Source: an uncultured bacterium
GTDB lineage: Bacteria; Actinomycetota; Acidimicrobiia; Spongiisociales; UBA5794
Reading direction: 5' to 3'
Assembly (NCBI GenBank): GCA_963801165.1
Contig: CAWDDT010000004.1
Span: 736,001-800,000, forward strand
Length of the DNA stretch: 64,000 nucleotides
The notes under the pieces were generated by a model that was not told the DNA's origin, ran no database searches, and saw only the letters and a program-made list of their open reading frames with translations. Of the stretch, positions 52,038 to 61,650 are shown piece after piece; positions within the stretch are counted from its first letter, which is position 1; each line of letters starts with the position of its first letter. The position numbers were made by a program, and so were the translations under genes.

Positions 52038-53012
52038 TCAAGTCCACTTGAGACCGCTGCGGGTCCGCCAATACTCCTCGGGATCCTCGGCCATCATCTT
52101 GTCGAGGCCGGAGAGGCGCGCCGGGTCGACATCGAGGGCCGCCAGATTGGACTCGAGCTGCTCGATGGTGGCCGCGCCGCTGAGTACCGTGTCCACCCAT
52201 GGTTGCGCCAGGATGGCGGCCACCGCGATTGTGTCGGGGTTGTCGTGTGGGAACTCCGCACGGAGGGGGGCAGTCGTCTGCAGGTCTCGCTCAGTCAGCC
52301 GGCCGTTGGCGACGGACTCCTTGATGATCGTCCCCATTCCCTCGTCGTGGGCTTCGGCGAGGGCGTCGCCTGCTGAGGGCTCCAGGAGGTTCCACGTTGC
52401 CTGCACCGTGGCGAACAACGGCACGCCGTCTCTCTCGATCCTCATGGCCCTGCGGATCGCACCTGCCTGGTCGGGACCGCTCGTGCTCAGCCCGATGGTC
52501 AGCCCGTCGGCGCGCAGTTCGGCTAGGCGATCGAGGACCGCCTGGTCATCGAGTACCCCTGTGTCGAGCGTTGCCGAGTGGATCTGGTAGATGTTCAGGT
52601 GGCGACCGAGTCGGGATCGGGTCTCCTCGTACTGGGTATTGAGCATCGCCAGGCTGTGGTCCTTTATCTCGTGCACCGGGGCATCAACTCGCCAGTCCGC
52701 AACGTATTTGTAGCCCCATTTGGATGAGATCGTGATTGCCGGGTCGATGATCCTCGCCTCGTACAGCCAGCGGCCGAGAAACTCCTCACCGCCACCGTAC
52801 GACCGGGCTGCGTCGAAGTGGCGCACACCCAGGTCGAACGCCGCGGTGAGCACATCGTGGGCGTGCTCTTCCAGGGCCCGTACCTCGGTGCGGCCGGTTA
52901 GGTCCCCGCGGTGGCCTAGATTGATGTAGCCGGGTCGGCCGAGCGCGGCAAGGCCCAACCCGATTCGGGTCACCTTGTGCGCAGTTGCGCCCAGCTGAAC
53001 CTTCTCAATCAT
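52038..53012 (-). CDS. Aldo/keto reductase
   Basis: GLGLA, FDAARSYG, SSKWG, YQIHS, QATWNLL, QLESNL. Confidence 0.92.
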   Translation of the reverse strand: MIEKVQLGATAHKVTRIGLGLAALGRPGYINLGHRGDLTGRTEVRALEEHAHDVLTAAFDLGVRHFDAARSYGGGEEFLGRWLYEARIIDPAITISSKWGYKYVADWRVDAPVHEIKDHSLAMLNTQYEETRSRLGRHLNIYQIHSATLDTGVLDDQAVLDRLAELRADGLTIGLSTSGPDQAGAIRRAMRIERDGVPLFATVQATWNLLEPSAGDALAEAHDEGMGTIIKESVANGRLTERDLQTTAPLRAEFPHDNPDTIAVAAILAQPWVDTVLSGAATIEQLESNLAALDVDPARLSGLDKMMAEDPEEYWRTRSGLKWT

Positions 53013-53216
53013 GGAACATCACTGGCTGTCGACGGCGATCTGGTTGGGCCCAGCCGACGCCCCGGTCCCGCTCGTCGGCGTGGTCCCGGTTGCGTTCGGC
53101 GGGACCAGGCCTCTCGGGCTGATTCGACTGCAAGCTACCATCTCAGCAACCTCGCCGGGAAGCTCGGTGATCTGTAGGGGGGTGCAAGTTATCCAGTTGT
53201 CGGCTAGTGAGGTCGT

Positions 53217-54383
53217 GTGAGAATCCTGATGGTGCACAACCGCTATCAGGTGGCTGGTGGCGAAGATGCGTCAACCGACGCCCATGTAGCGCTGTTGCGA
53301 GACAGCGGTCACGATGTGGTGGTCGTGACGGACACAAACGAGCGGATCGCCGAGCTGGGCATCGCGCGGACCGCTGCCCGGACGATCTGGTCGCCTGAGG
53401 CAAAACGGCGGGTGTCGGGCTCTCTCCGGGACGGCGGCTTCGATGTAATGCACGTCCAGAACCTTTTCCCGCTGTTCTCCCCGTCGATCTATTACGCGGC
53501 GAGTGAATGCGGAGTCCCGGTTGTCCAGTCGCTGCGCAACTTCAGGGCACTCTGCCCCGAGGGCATGCTCTACAGGGATGGCAGGGTTTGCACAGATTGC
53601 GTCGGCAAGCGTCTCGCCTGGCCCGGGGTGATACATGGCTGTTATCGAGGCAGCGTTCCCGGTACGGCGGTCGTGGCCATGATGGCGACCGGGCACGACG
53701 TTGTCGGGACCTGGCGCAAGCACGTCGCCCGCTACGTCACGCCATCGGCCCACACCCGGGACATCTACATCGAGGGCGGGTGGGCGCCGGAGAGCATCGA
53801 CATCATCCCGAATCATGTATACCCGGATCCCGGGCCGGGTGACGGCGACCGTGGCTACGCCATCTATGCGGGTCGACTGGCACCACCCAAGGGTCTCGAG
53901 ACCCTGATCGCAGCATGGGACGTAGGTGGCCTCGACATTCCACTCAAGATCGCAGGCGAGGGCCCGCTCAAGCACGTTGTCGTGCAGGCTGCGGCAACCA
54001 ACCCGAACATCGAGTTCCTCGGGGAGGTCACGCCCGAAGAGACATCCGCTCTCGTCGGCGACGCGATGTTTTCCATCGTGCCGACGGTCGGCATTGAGAC
54101 TTTCGGCCGGGTTGCCGCCGAGTCGCTCGCCAAAGGAACTCCTGTCATCGCGACCGCTCACGGTGGTCTGGCCGAGATCGTGGCCAACGGCGAGACCGGC
54201 ATTCTGTTTCCGCCCGGCGATGTGTCGGCACTGGTTTCCGCTGTCAAGACGCTCGCCGCCGACCCGGAACGGCTGCGTGCGATGCGCACGGCCGCCCGCC
54301 AGGACTTCCTCCGGCGATATGCAGGCAGCCGGGTGTTGGCCAGGTGGGTAGATCTGTATCGCGAGGTCGGGGGCAAGCGATAG
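53217..54383 (+). CDS. GT4 glycosyltransferase
   Basis: VHNRYQ.AGGED, AGRL..PKG, ETFGRVAAE (EX7E). Confidence 0.9.
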   Translation: MRILMVHNRYQVAGGEDASTDAHVALLRDSGHDVVVVTDTNERIAELGIARTAARTIWSPEAKRRVSGSLRDGGFDVMHVQNLFPLFSPSIYYAASECGVPVVQSLRNFRALCPEGMLYRDGRVCTDCVGKRLAWPGVIHGCYRGSVPGTAVVAMMATGHDVVGTWRKHVARYVTPSAHTRDIYIEGGWAPESIDIIPNHVYPDPGPGDGDRGYAIYAGRLAPPKGLETLIAAWDVGGLDIPLKIAGEGPLKHVVVQAAATNPNIEFLGEVTPEETSALVGDAMFSIVPTVGIETFGRVAAESLAKGTPVIATAHGGLAEIVANGETGILFPPGDVSALVSAVKTLAADPERLRAMRTAARQDFLRRYAGSRVLARWVDLYREVGGKR

Positions 54384-54442
54384 GCTCTCTGTTCGACACC
54401 CGGCTGAGGCGCCGGGTGGCTGCAACGACCGGGGAGAACCGC

Positions 54443-55945
54443 TTGCTGTTGCGCGAACTGGTGTCGGTCTCGAATCGTGTCGCGGCCGTGTCGGCGCGAA
54501 CCGAGAAGATACGCATCCTGGGCGAGGCCGTAGCGTTGCTCGAGCCGGCCGAGCTTGCCATCGGGGTTGGCTATCTCGCCGGGGTCGTTCCGCAAGGCTC
54601 GTTCGGTGTTGGCTACGCGTCGTTGCGAAGCCTCCCTGAGCCGAGCACGGCCCCGTCCCTAACACTCGGGTTGGTCGACGCCTCGTTCACAAATATCGCC
54701 GCCTCCACCGGGCCCGGTTCCGCAACGAAACGCCGGCAAGAGATCGACCGGCTGTTTGCTCTTGCGACATCAGACGAGCAGGAGTTTCTCCTGGCCCTTC
54801 TCGTCGAGGGTCTCCGGCAAGGAGCCAACGAGAGCCTGATGATGGATGCCGTTGCCAGAGCGACCGGGATCCCGACCCGCATCGTGCGCCGGGCCGTCAT
54901 GTTCTCCGGCGATCTGGGCGAGGTGGCGGTCGCCGCCAGGGAAAAGGGCAGGAACGCGGTGGAGGGGTTCGGGCTGCGGTTGTTCCGCCCGATACAGCCG
55001 ATGCTGGCCAAGACCGCCGCCAGCGTCGCATCCGCCCTGGACAAGACGGGGAATGCTGCTGTAGACCGGAAGCTCGACGGTGCCCGCATCCAGGTCCATC
55101 TCTCGAGAGGAGAGACCAGGGTGTACACGAGGAACCTCAACGATGTCACCGACCGGGTCCCCGAGATTGTTGCCGCCGCCCGAGCGCTGCATGCCGGGTC
55201 CGCCGTCCTCGACGGTGAGGCGATTGCCCTGCGCACGGATGGGAGCCCCGCTCCGTTTCAGGTGACGATGGCACGCTTTGGCAGCGAGGCCGAGGCTCAT
55301 CCGGTGTCGTTGACGCCGTTCTTTTTCGACGTGCTGCACCACGACGGTACCGATGTGCTCGACCTCGACCTGTCGGCCCGGCTGGAGCTCCTTGGTGACA
55401 TCGTCCCCGACGAGTTTCGCGTCCCCCGGGTGGTCACCAGCGATCCCGACACGGCGCAGCGATTCTTCGATGAGACCATCGCCGCCGGGCATGAAGGCGT
55501 AATGGTCAAGTCGCTGGAGACACCGTACCAAGCGGGGCGACGGGGGAGCGGCTGGCTGAAGGTGAAGCCGGTGCGCACCCTCGATCTCGCGGTGCTCGCC
55601 GTGGAATGGGGGTCGGGGCGGCGCAAGGGATGGCTGAGCAACATCCACCTCGGTGCGAGGTCTGACGACGGTTTCGTCATGGTGGGCAAGACGTTCAAGG
55701 GCATGACAGACGCCATCCTCGAGTGGCAGACCAAGCGCTTCCTCGAGCTCGAGACCCGTCGTGACGGTCATGTTGTCTACGTCCGACCCGAGCAGGTGGT
55801 CGAGGTCGCCCTCGACGGAGTACAGCGCAGCAGCCGATATCCCGGGGGAGTGGCGCTGCGGTTCGCCCGGGTGCGCGGGTATCGCGAGGACAAGACACCT
55901 GATCAAACGGACACGATCGAGACGGTACAGGCAATGCTGACCTGA
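54443..55945 (+). CDS. ligB: ATP-dependent DNA ligase (LigB type)
   Basis: PMLA, KLDGARIQ, LDGE, FDVL, EGVMVK, WLKVK, LRFAR..REDK; GGGGAG RBS before TTG 54443. Confidence 0.92.
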   Translation: MLLRELVSVSNRVAAVSARTEKIRILGEAVALLEPAELAIGVGYLAGVVPQGSFGVGYASLRSLPEPSTAPSLTLGLVDASFTNIAASTGPGSATKRRQEIDRLFALATSDEQEFLLALLVEGLRQGANESLMMDAVARATGIPTRIVRRAVMFSGDLGEVAVAAREKGRNAVEGFGLRLFRPIQPMLAKTAASVASALDKTGNAAVDRKLDGARIQVHLSRGETRVYTRNLNDVTDRVPEIVAAARALHAGSAVLDGEAIALRTDGSPAPFQVTMARFGSEAEAHPVSLTPFFFDVLHHDGTDVLDLDLSARLELLGDIVPDEFRVPRVVTSDPDTAQRFFDETIAAGHEGVMVKSLETPYQAGRRGSGWLKVKPVRTLDLAVLAVEWGSGRRKGWLSNIHLGARSDDGFVMVGKTFKGMTDAILEWQTKRFLELETRRDGHVVYVRPEQVVEVALDGVQRSSRYPGGVALRFARVRGYREDKTPDQTDTIETVQAMLT

Positions 55946-56024
55946 ACCCGGCCTGCGGACCGGGGCATAGCCGGTACGCGGCGACGACGGGTTACGCTGT
56001 CACTTCCAGGCCGTTAGGGAAGCA

Positions 56025-57749
56025 ATGAGACGTGTGATGATGGTCGTCATGGCCTTGTTGTCCGCATTGGTCGTCGCGCCGGCCGCCATTGCATCTGGCG
56101 GTACTTTCGGCGATGACGATGGCTCGGTCCATGAGGTGAATATCGAGGCGTTGTTTGCCGCCGGTATCACCAAGGGTTGCGGGCCGGGCCTCTACTGCCC
56201 CGACGATCCGGTCACCCGGGGACAGATGGCGGCGTTCCTCCATCGGTCGGGCGAGATCGACCTGCCGGTCACCGCCTCCCCTTCGTTCGTGGACGTCGAC
56301 GGTCACCTGTTCGAGAATGACATTGTGTGGCTGGCCGAGCGGGGTATCACCAGGGGCTGCAATCCGCCTGCAAACGATCGCTTCTGCCCGGACGATCCGG
56401 TGACCCGGGGCCAGATGGCGGCATTCCTCGTGCGGGCGCTCCACCTGGGGGCTGCCACCGATCCGGATCCGTTCATTGACGACGACGGTTCGGTCTTTGC
56501 CGACGACATCGCCCGGCTGGCCGGCGCCGGCATCACCAAGGGCTGCAATCCGCCTGCAAACGATCGCTTCTGTCCGGACGATGTGGTGACCCGGGGCCAG
56601 ATGGCGAGCTTTCTGGTGCGGGCGCTCGGCCTGGCGGTCCCGCCGACCGCCCGCCCACTAGTCCAGGCCGACGACATCACCTACCTGGGCGCATTCGCTC
56701 TGCCGAGCGGCACCTACGGCGCCTCTCGGTTCGGGTACGGAGGCGGCGCACTTTCGGTGCTCGACGGCACACTGTTCGTCGGGGGACACGCCTGGGACCC
56801 GGGCACCCTGGCCCAGGTGTCGATTCCGGCAACGCTGGGGAGCGGAGAGTGGTCGACATTGCCGGTGGCGACTGTGCTGCAGCCCTTCGCCGATGTCACC
56901 GACGGCGCTTTTGAATCGGGATGGACCTTGTATGGGACGATGCCGTGGAACGACCGGCTGATCGTTGCAGCCTCCATCTACTACGACGCCGCCGGCACCC
57001 AGACCACTTCGCACGGCGCGTCCAGTTTCGATCTATCCGATTCCGGGGACTTCACCGGGTTGGAAGCGATCGATGCCGTGGCGCCGCCGCGTTCCCAGGG
57101 CGGGTACATGACACCGATTCCGGTGGAATGGCAGTCGCTGCTGGGCGGTCCGGCGCTCACCGGGCAATGCTGCATCCCGATCATCTCGGCAACTTCGTCT
57201 GGCCCTGCCGCCACCGTTTTCGACCCCGACGACATCGGTGCCGACCCGTCCGGCACCACGCTTCTGTGGTACCCGCTCGAGCACGAGATCACCGACGGGA
57301 CCTCACAGAACGACACGTTCAACCTGGCCACGTCGGTGGTGGGCGCGGCGTTCCCCCCGGGATCGCGCAGCGTGCTGTTCTTCGGCCGGCAGGGCACCGG
57401 CCCCTACTGCTACGGCATCGGCACCGATGACCCCGGCCTGCACGGCGAGCCTACCGGCGAGGGCACGATCTATTGCTATGACCCCGTCGACTCGAGCAAG
57501 GGCACCCACGCCTATCCGTACCGCCACCAGGTGTGGGCGTACGACGCCGCCGATCTGCTTGCGGTGATCGACGGGGACCTCGAGCCGTGGGAACCCCGCC
57601 CTTATGCGGTCTGGGAGTTGGAGGGTATCGCCGATGACGGCTCCGCCACCGCGGTCGGTGCCGGCTACGACCCGGCGACCGGCCGTCTCTACTTCACCGA
57701 GGCATACGGCGAGCAGCCGCAGGTCCACGTGTTCCAGATCGCACCATAG
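56025..57749 (+). CDS. Secreted protein with 3 SLH-like repeats and a beta-propeller-like domain
   Basis: Signal peptide; three TRGQMA repeats; YLGAFALP...VWAYDAADL..PWEPRPYAVW..YDPATGRLY. Confidence 0.78.
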   Translation: MRRVMMVVMALLSALVVAPAAIASGGTFGDDDGSVHEVNIEALFAAGITKGCGPGLYCPDDPVTRGQMAAFLHRSGEIDLPVTASPSFVDVDGHLFENDIVWLAERGITRGCNPPANDRFCPDDPVTRGQMAAFLVRALHLGAATDPDPFIDDDGSVFADDIARLAGAGITKGCNPPANDRFCPDDVVTRGQMASFLVRALGLAVPPTARPLVQADDITYLGAFALPSGTYGASRFGYGGGALSVLDGTLFVGGHAWDPGTLAQVSIPATLGSGEWSTLPVATVLQPFADVTDGAFESGWTLYGTMPWNDRLIVAASIYYDAAGTQTTSHGASSFDLSDSGDFTGLEAIDAVAPPRSQGGYMTPIPVEWQSLLGGPALTGQCCIPIISATSSGPAATVFDPDDIGADPSGTTLLWYPLEHEITDGTSQNDTFNLATSVVGAAFPPGSRSVLFFGRQGTGPYCYGIGTDDPGLHGEPTGEGTIYCYDPVDSSKGTHAYPYRHQVWAYDAADLLAVIDGDLEPWEPRPYAVWELEGIADDGSATAVGAGYDPATGRLYFTEAYGEQPQVHVFQIAP

Positions 57750-57885
57750 GAGTAGCCCGGGCCGGGCCGGTCGCTGCAGCAGGTGGGACGCGTCGAGCAG
57801 TTGTGGGGTTGGTTTTCGCTCGGGCCAGAGCAGTTCACAGAATCGTAAGCCGGTCTGGCCGGATCGCACCGGTAGCGTCCGGACC

Positions 57886-59265
57886 ATGCCGCGCCGACTC
57901 GTCATCCTGCTGATCCTCTTGGTTGCGGCGTGCTCATCACCCGGAGCCATCGAGCCGACGAGTACGACCTCGCCTGCCGGCTCGCGGGTCGACAGCGACG
58001 GGAACCCGATTCCGCCCGCCCCTACCAATCTCGCAACCGGTCCGCTCTCCGCCGACGCCTCGCGGGCGCTCGATGCGGCATGGGCGGGCTTGGGGACCGC
58101 CATGGACCCGGCCGCCGTCGCCGCTCTGGGTGGCGTGGGAGATGTGCGTGTCGGTTGGCTGCTCAGCGACCTGCTCCGCTTCTTCACCGGCGACGAAGTC
58201 GGCGACGCGGCTCTGGCGGCGTTTGCGCAGCTAACCGGTACAGATGTCGTTGGGCTCGACCCGTCTCTTCAGTGGCGCACGGTCAGCGACTACCTGATCG
58301 CCTGGGACCTACCGGCACCACCCGGGTACGCCGGATACAAGGGAAGGCTATTCACTCTGGTCGAGCCGGGATGGCAGCCGTTCTTCGACGATTCCGATGC
58401 GGACATCGACTGGAGACTCATCAGCTGGGGCGGCGTGTTCATCGACGACCGTCCCCTCGATACGCTCGAAGGGTGTCCCGCCGGCTGTATCCCGGCGCTC
58501 GATGATCCTCCCATGGTCACCGGCGAGGCGGCAGGCTGGTACCCGGATGACGGGATCGTCTTCGGGGTCACCATCAACGGTGAGTCGCGTGCTTACCCGA
58601 AGAACATCATGGAAGTCCATGAGATGGTCAACGACACGATCGGGGGCCGGCGGATCGGCATGCCCTACTGCACGCTGTGTGGGTCCGCACAGGCGTTCTA
58701 CACCGACATTGGCACCGGTGACCCGCTCGTGTTGCGGACCTCGGGGCTGCTGTCCCGATCCAACAAGGTGATGTACGACCTCGCCACCAGGTCGATGTTC
58801 GACACCTTTCTCGGTGTGGCCCTCTCGGGGCCGCTCCAGGGGATCCACCTGGACCAGACCTCGGTAGTCACAACGACGTGGGGACAGTGGCGCGCCGAGC
58901 ACCCTGACAGCGCCATTGTCGCTGAGGATGGGGGAAGGGGCATTGCCTACGCCGCCGACCCGTTGCACGGCCGTGACGACGAAGGGCCCATCTTTCCGGT
59001 TGGCGACGTCGACTCCAGGCTCCCGGTACAGGAACAGGTCCTCGGTGTCATTGGGCCCGACGGCGCCGCCAATGCCTTCCCGGTCGAGCCGGCGCGGGCC
59101 CTGCTGGAGGCGGGCGGCATGGTGGCGATGAACGGTGTCGAACTGACGCTCGACGGCGGTGGTCTGCGAGCTCACGACTCATCTGGCAACGAGCTGCCAG
59201 CACACCAAGCGTTCTGGTTCGCCTGGAGCCAGTTCTGGCCCCAGACCGAGCTGTGGGAGGAATAG
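57886..59265 (+). CDS. DUF3179-family lipoprotein
   Basis: LVAAC lipobox; IPALDDP, AYP, HEMVND, YCTLC, SGLL..SN..MYD, FWFAW. Confidence 0.85.
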   Translation: MPRRLVILLILLVAACSSPGAIEPTSTTSPAGSRVDSDGNPIPPAPTNLATGPLSADASRALDAAWAGLGTAMDPAAVAALGGVGDVRVGWLLSDLLRFFTGDEVGDAALAAFAQLTGTDVVGLDPSLQWRTVSDYLIAWDLPAPPGYAGYKGRLFTLVEPGWQPFFDDSDADIDWRLISWGGVFIDDRPLDTLEGCPAGCIPALDDPPMVTGEAAGWYPDDGIVFGVTINGESRAYPKNIMEVHEMVNDTIGGRRIGMPYCTLCGSAQAFYTDIGTGDPLVLRTSGLLSRSNKVMYDLATRSMFDTFLGVALSGPLQGIHLDQTSVVTTTWGQWRAEHPDSAIVAEDGGRGIAYAADPLHGRDDEGPIFPVGDVDSRLPVQEQVLGVIGPDGAANAFPVEPARALLEAGGMVAMNGVELTLDGGGLRAHDSSGNELPAHQAFWFAWSQFWPQTELWEE

Positions 59266-59373
59266 GCCCGACTGATCAGGAACCCTGGCCGTATTCGACG
59301 CCGTGGCTAGATCCGACTCGCAGCAGGACTCGGATGCCGCTTTCGCTGAGTGGATGGTGGTGCCGTTGCATCG

Positions 59374-60267
59374 TCACTGGCCACCTCTTCCCCCGTCGAG
59401 GAACGAGACGATCCGGGTGCGTAGCCCGGCGATGTCGAGGCCATAGCTCGCGTCGTGTTGGTGCCGGGTGCCGTAACGGCGAGTCTCGATCTTGGGCACA
59501 CCGATCGACAGCAACCTGCTTGGCCGGGAGCTGAGTGCAGCCGATACTTCGGCTGCCGACGTCCCCACCAGGTACGGCTCAACAAGCACCACGTCTGTTC
59601 CGGTGGCGGCGGCCGCAAGTCCCAGCCGGTCGAATGGCCGCACCGTGTTGGCGTAGAGGAGAGTCACGTTGAGATCGGCCGTTGCCGCCGCCACCCGATC
59701 GAGCATCGGCCCTACGGCGATGACCGTGGCGCCGGGGGCCGAGCTCGTTCGGATTGTGACCAGGCCCTCGCCGACCCGATGTGGGGCGGAGTTGCTGTCC
59801 TCAGTCAGTCTGATGTAGACGCGGTCACCACCGGCGGCCGCCGACCGCAGCAGGCCTTCGGCTTCGTCGGGATGCCCCGGCACATGGATGGTCCAGCCGG
59901 GAAGGGTGCTCAGCAAGGAGACATCTCCGGGTGACTGGTGCGTCCGCCCCTCCACGGCCGCGTCGTATGACGCCCCGATCGACACCAGGATGGCGCTGAG
60001 ATCCTGATGGCCGAAGTCGAGCTTGATCTGCTCGAACGGCCGCTCGATGAGGAACGGTGCGTAGCTGTGCGCGATCGGGCGTAGACCCGACAGGGCGAGG
60101 CCGGCGGTGACGCCGATCATGGCCTGCTCCCTGATCCCTACGTTGTGGACGCGCGGTGCGCCGGCAAAGCTGCTTGCGCCAATATCGGCGAGCACCAGCG
60201 TTGTTCTCGGATCACTCTCCAGGAGATCGATCGTCGTTGCGGTGAACTTGTCGCGCATCGACGGCAT
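59374..60267 (-). CDS. Transketolase-like pyrimidine-binding / C-terminal subunit
   Basis: NVGIREQ, ERPFEQIK, GRTHQ, YIRL, VRPFD, VEP; TGATG coupling to the upstream subunit. Confidence 0.88.
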   Translation of the reverse strand: MPSMRDKFTATTIDLLESDPRTTLVLADIGASSFAGAPRVHNVGIREQAMIGVTAGLALSGLRPIAHSYAPFLIERPFEQIKLDFGHQDLSAILVSIGASYDAAVEGRTHQSPGDVSLLSTLPGWTIHVPGHPDEAEGLLRSAAAGGDRVYIRLTEDSNSAPHRVGEGLVTIRTSSAPGATVIAVGPMLDRVAAATADLNVTLLYANTVRPFDRLGLAAAATGTDVVLVEPYLVGTSAAEVSAALSSRPSRLLSIGVPKIETRRYGTRHQHDASYGLDIAGLRTRIVSFLDGGRGGQ

Positions 60268-60965
60268 CACCGCCGCCTTTCGACGAGTGCGACCACGGCC
60301 AGTGGGCGGCCCGTATGCGGAGTGGCAAAACCGGCGGCGATCGCGTCATGGTCGCGTCCGTTTACCCTGGTCGTCGCCCAGTCCTCGACGGCGAAGCGCT
60401 CCTGAATCCCTCCTGGCCAACCCTGAGTAGCCGAGACGTTGTCGATCACGGCAACCGTCAGCGAGTCGAGACCGTAGCGGGCTGCGATGGCAATCGCCTC
60501 GTGGTTCGATCCCTCGTCGAGCTCTCCGTCTCCGATGAGAACCACCACCCGGGCGGGATTTGCCTGCGCCCGCAGACCAAGTGCCAGACCGACCCCGATC
60601 GGGAGCCCGTGACCGAGCGATCCCGAGCCGATCTCGACACCCGGAATGAGGGTCGCGTCCGGGTGGTGTCCGAGGATCGAGTCGTGGCCGGCGAAGCCGC
60701 GGAGCACCTCAGGGGAGATGAAGCCACGCGCCGCCAGCACGGCGTAGTACGCCATCGGCCCGTGGCCCTTCGACAGAAGAAAGCGATCGCGGGTTGGGTC
60801 GTCGACACGATCGGGCCCGACGTCGAGCACACGGTCGTACAGTGTCCAGATGACGTCGAGGGTCGACGTGGCCGCGACGCTGTGCTTCTCGTCTCCGGTC
60901 ATCAGCGACATCAGCCGGGGGATGTCGTCGTATCCGAGCGATGTGATGGTCTGGGTCGATATCAT
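60267..60965 (-). CDS. Transketolase-like ThDP-binding N-terminal subunit (short)
   Basis: DRFLLSKGH, HPD, GSLGHG, GDGELDEG...DN; start at ATG 60965. Confidence 0.88.
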   Translation of the reverse strand: MISTQTITSLGYDDIPRLMSLMTGDEKHSVAATSTLDVIWTLYDRVLDVGPDRVDDPTRDRFLLSKGHGPMAYYAVLAARGFISPEVLRGFAGHDSILGHHPDATLIPGVEIGSGSLGHGLPIGVGLALGLRAQANPARVVVLIGDGELDEGSNHEAIAIAARYGLDSLTVAVIDNVSATQGWPGGIQERFAVEDWATTRVNGRDHDAIAAGFATPHTGRPLAVVALVERRR

Positions 60966-61019
60966 AGCCGCAAGATACAATTTCAAGTTCACTTGAAGTC
61001 AAGTGCTATCTTGGTGTCG
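60966..61019. promoter_or_regulatory. SoxR box and divergent leaderless promoters
   Basis: Dyad TTCAAGT-TC-ACTTGAA (60982-60997). Minus strand: TTGACT-19 bp-TATCTT-6 nt-ATG. Plus strand: TGc-TATCTT-7 nt-ATG. Confidence 0.88.
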
Positions 61020-61478
61020 ATGGACTACACAGATTTGCTCACGATCGGAGAAACCGCACGGCGGGCCGGTCTGGCGACGTCGGCACTGCGGTTCTACGAG
61101 GATGAAGGGCTCATAGAGTCGGAACGAACCTCGGGTAACCAGCGCAGGTACCGGCGCTCCGAGCTGCGCCGTATCGCAGTCATCCGCGCTGCCCAGACGT
61201 TCGGTCTGTCACTGGCCGAGATCAGGGAGGCTCTAGAGACGCTCCCCGACGGCCGCATCCCCACGCGAGCCGATTGGGAGCGCCTGTCCGCCTCCTGGCG
61301 GGGTCTGATTGACGACCGGATCGCAGCCCTCGAGCGACTCCGCGACGAGGTCAGCTCATGCATCGGGTGCGGCTGTCTGTCGCTGGAAACCTGTGCGCTC
61401 TACAACGATGGGGATCGGGCGGCCCGCTACGGAGCCGGCGCTCGCTACCTGTTCGGGGACGATCGCGGTAAGCGCTAG
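61020..61478 (+). CDS. soxR: Redox-sensitive transcriptional activator SoxR
   Basis: MerR HTH, GNQRRY, [2Fe-2S] motif CIGCGCLSLETC. Confidence 0.95.
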   Translation: MDYTDLLTIGETARRAGLATSALRFYEDEGLIESERTSGNQRRYRRSELRRIAVIRAAQTFGLSLAEIREALETLPDGRIPTRADWERLSASWRGLIDDRIAALERLRDEVSSCIGCGCLSLETCALYNDGDRAARYGAGARYLFGDDRGKR

Positions 61479-61650
61479 CGCGCATACGTCGCCAACTCGA
61501 CGGCAGCTGGGGATTTCCCCGAGCCGACCCCAGGGGTCCTTCAGGGTCCAGGCAGGGTAATGCCCAATAGCTCCTCGACGCCGCTTCCCGCACTCTGCGG
61601 GGAAGAGACGGAAGCTCCCGGACGTGTCCGGGTCTGAAGAGGAGAGAATC

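Noticed and set aside
57886-59265. Selenoprotein recoding in the DUF3179 gene
   Set aside because: The ORF is uninterrupted with Cys at CTLC; no in-frame TGA.
61479-61650. MMPL transporter as a direct SoxR target
   Set aside because: No SoxR dyad upstream. Only GGGGATTTCCCC and AGGGTAATGCCC-type dyads occur, pointing at most to another regulator.
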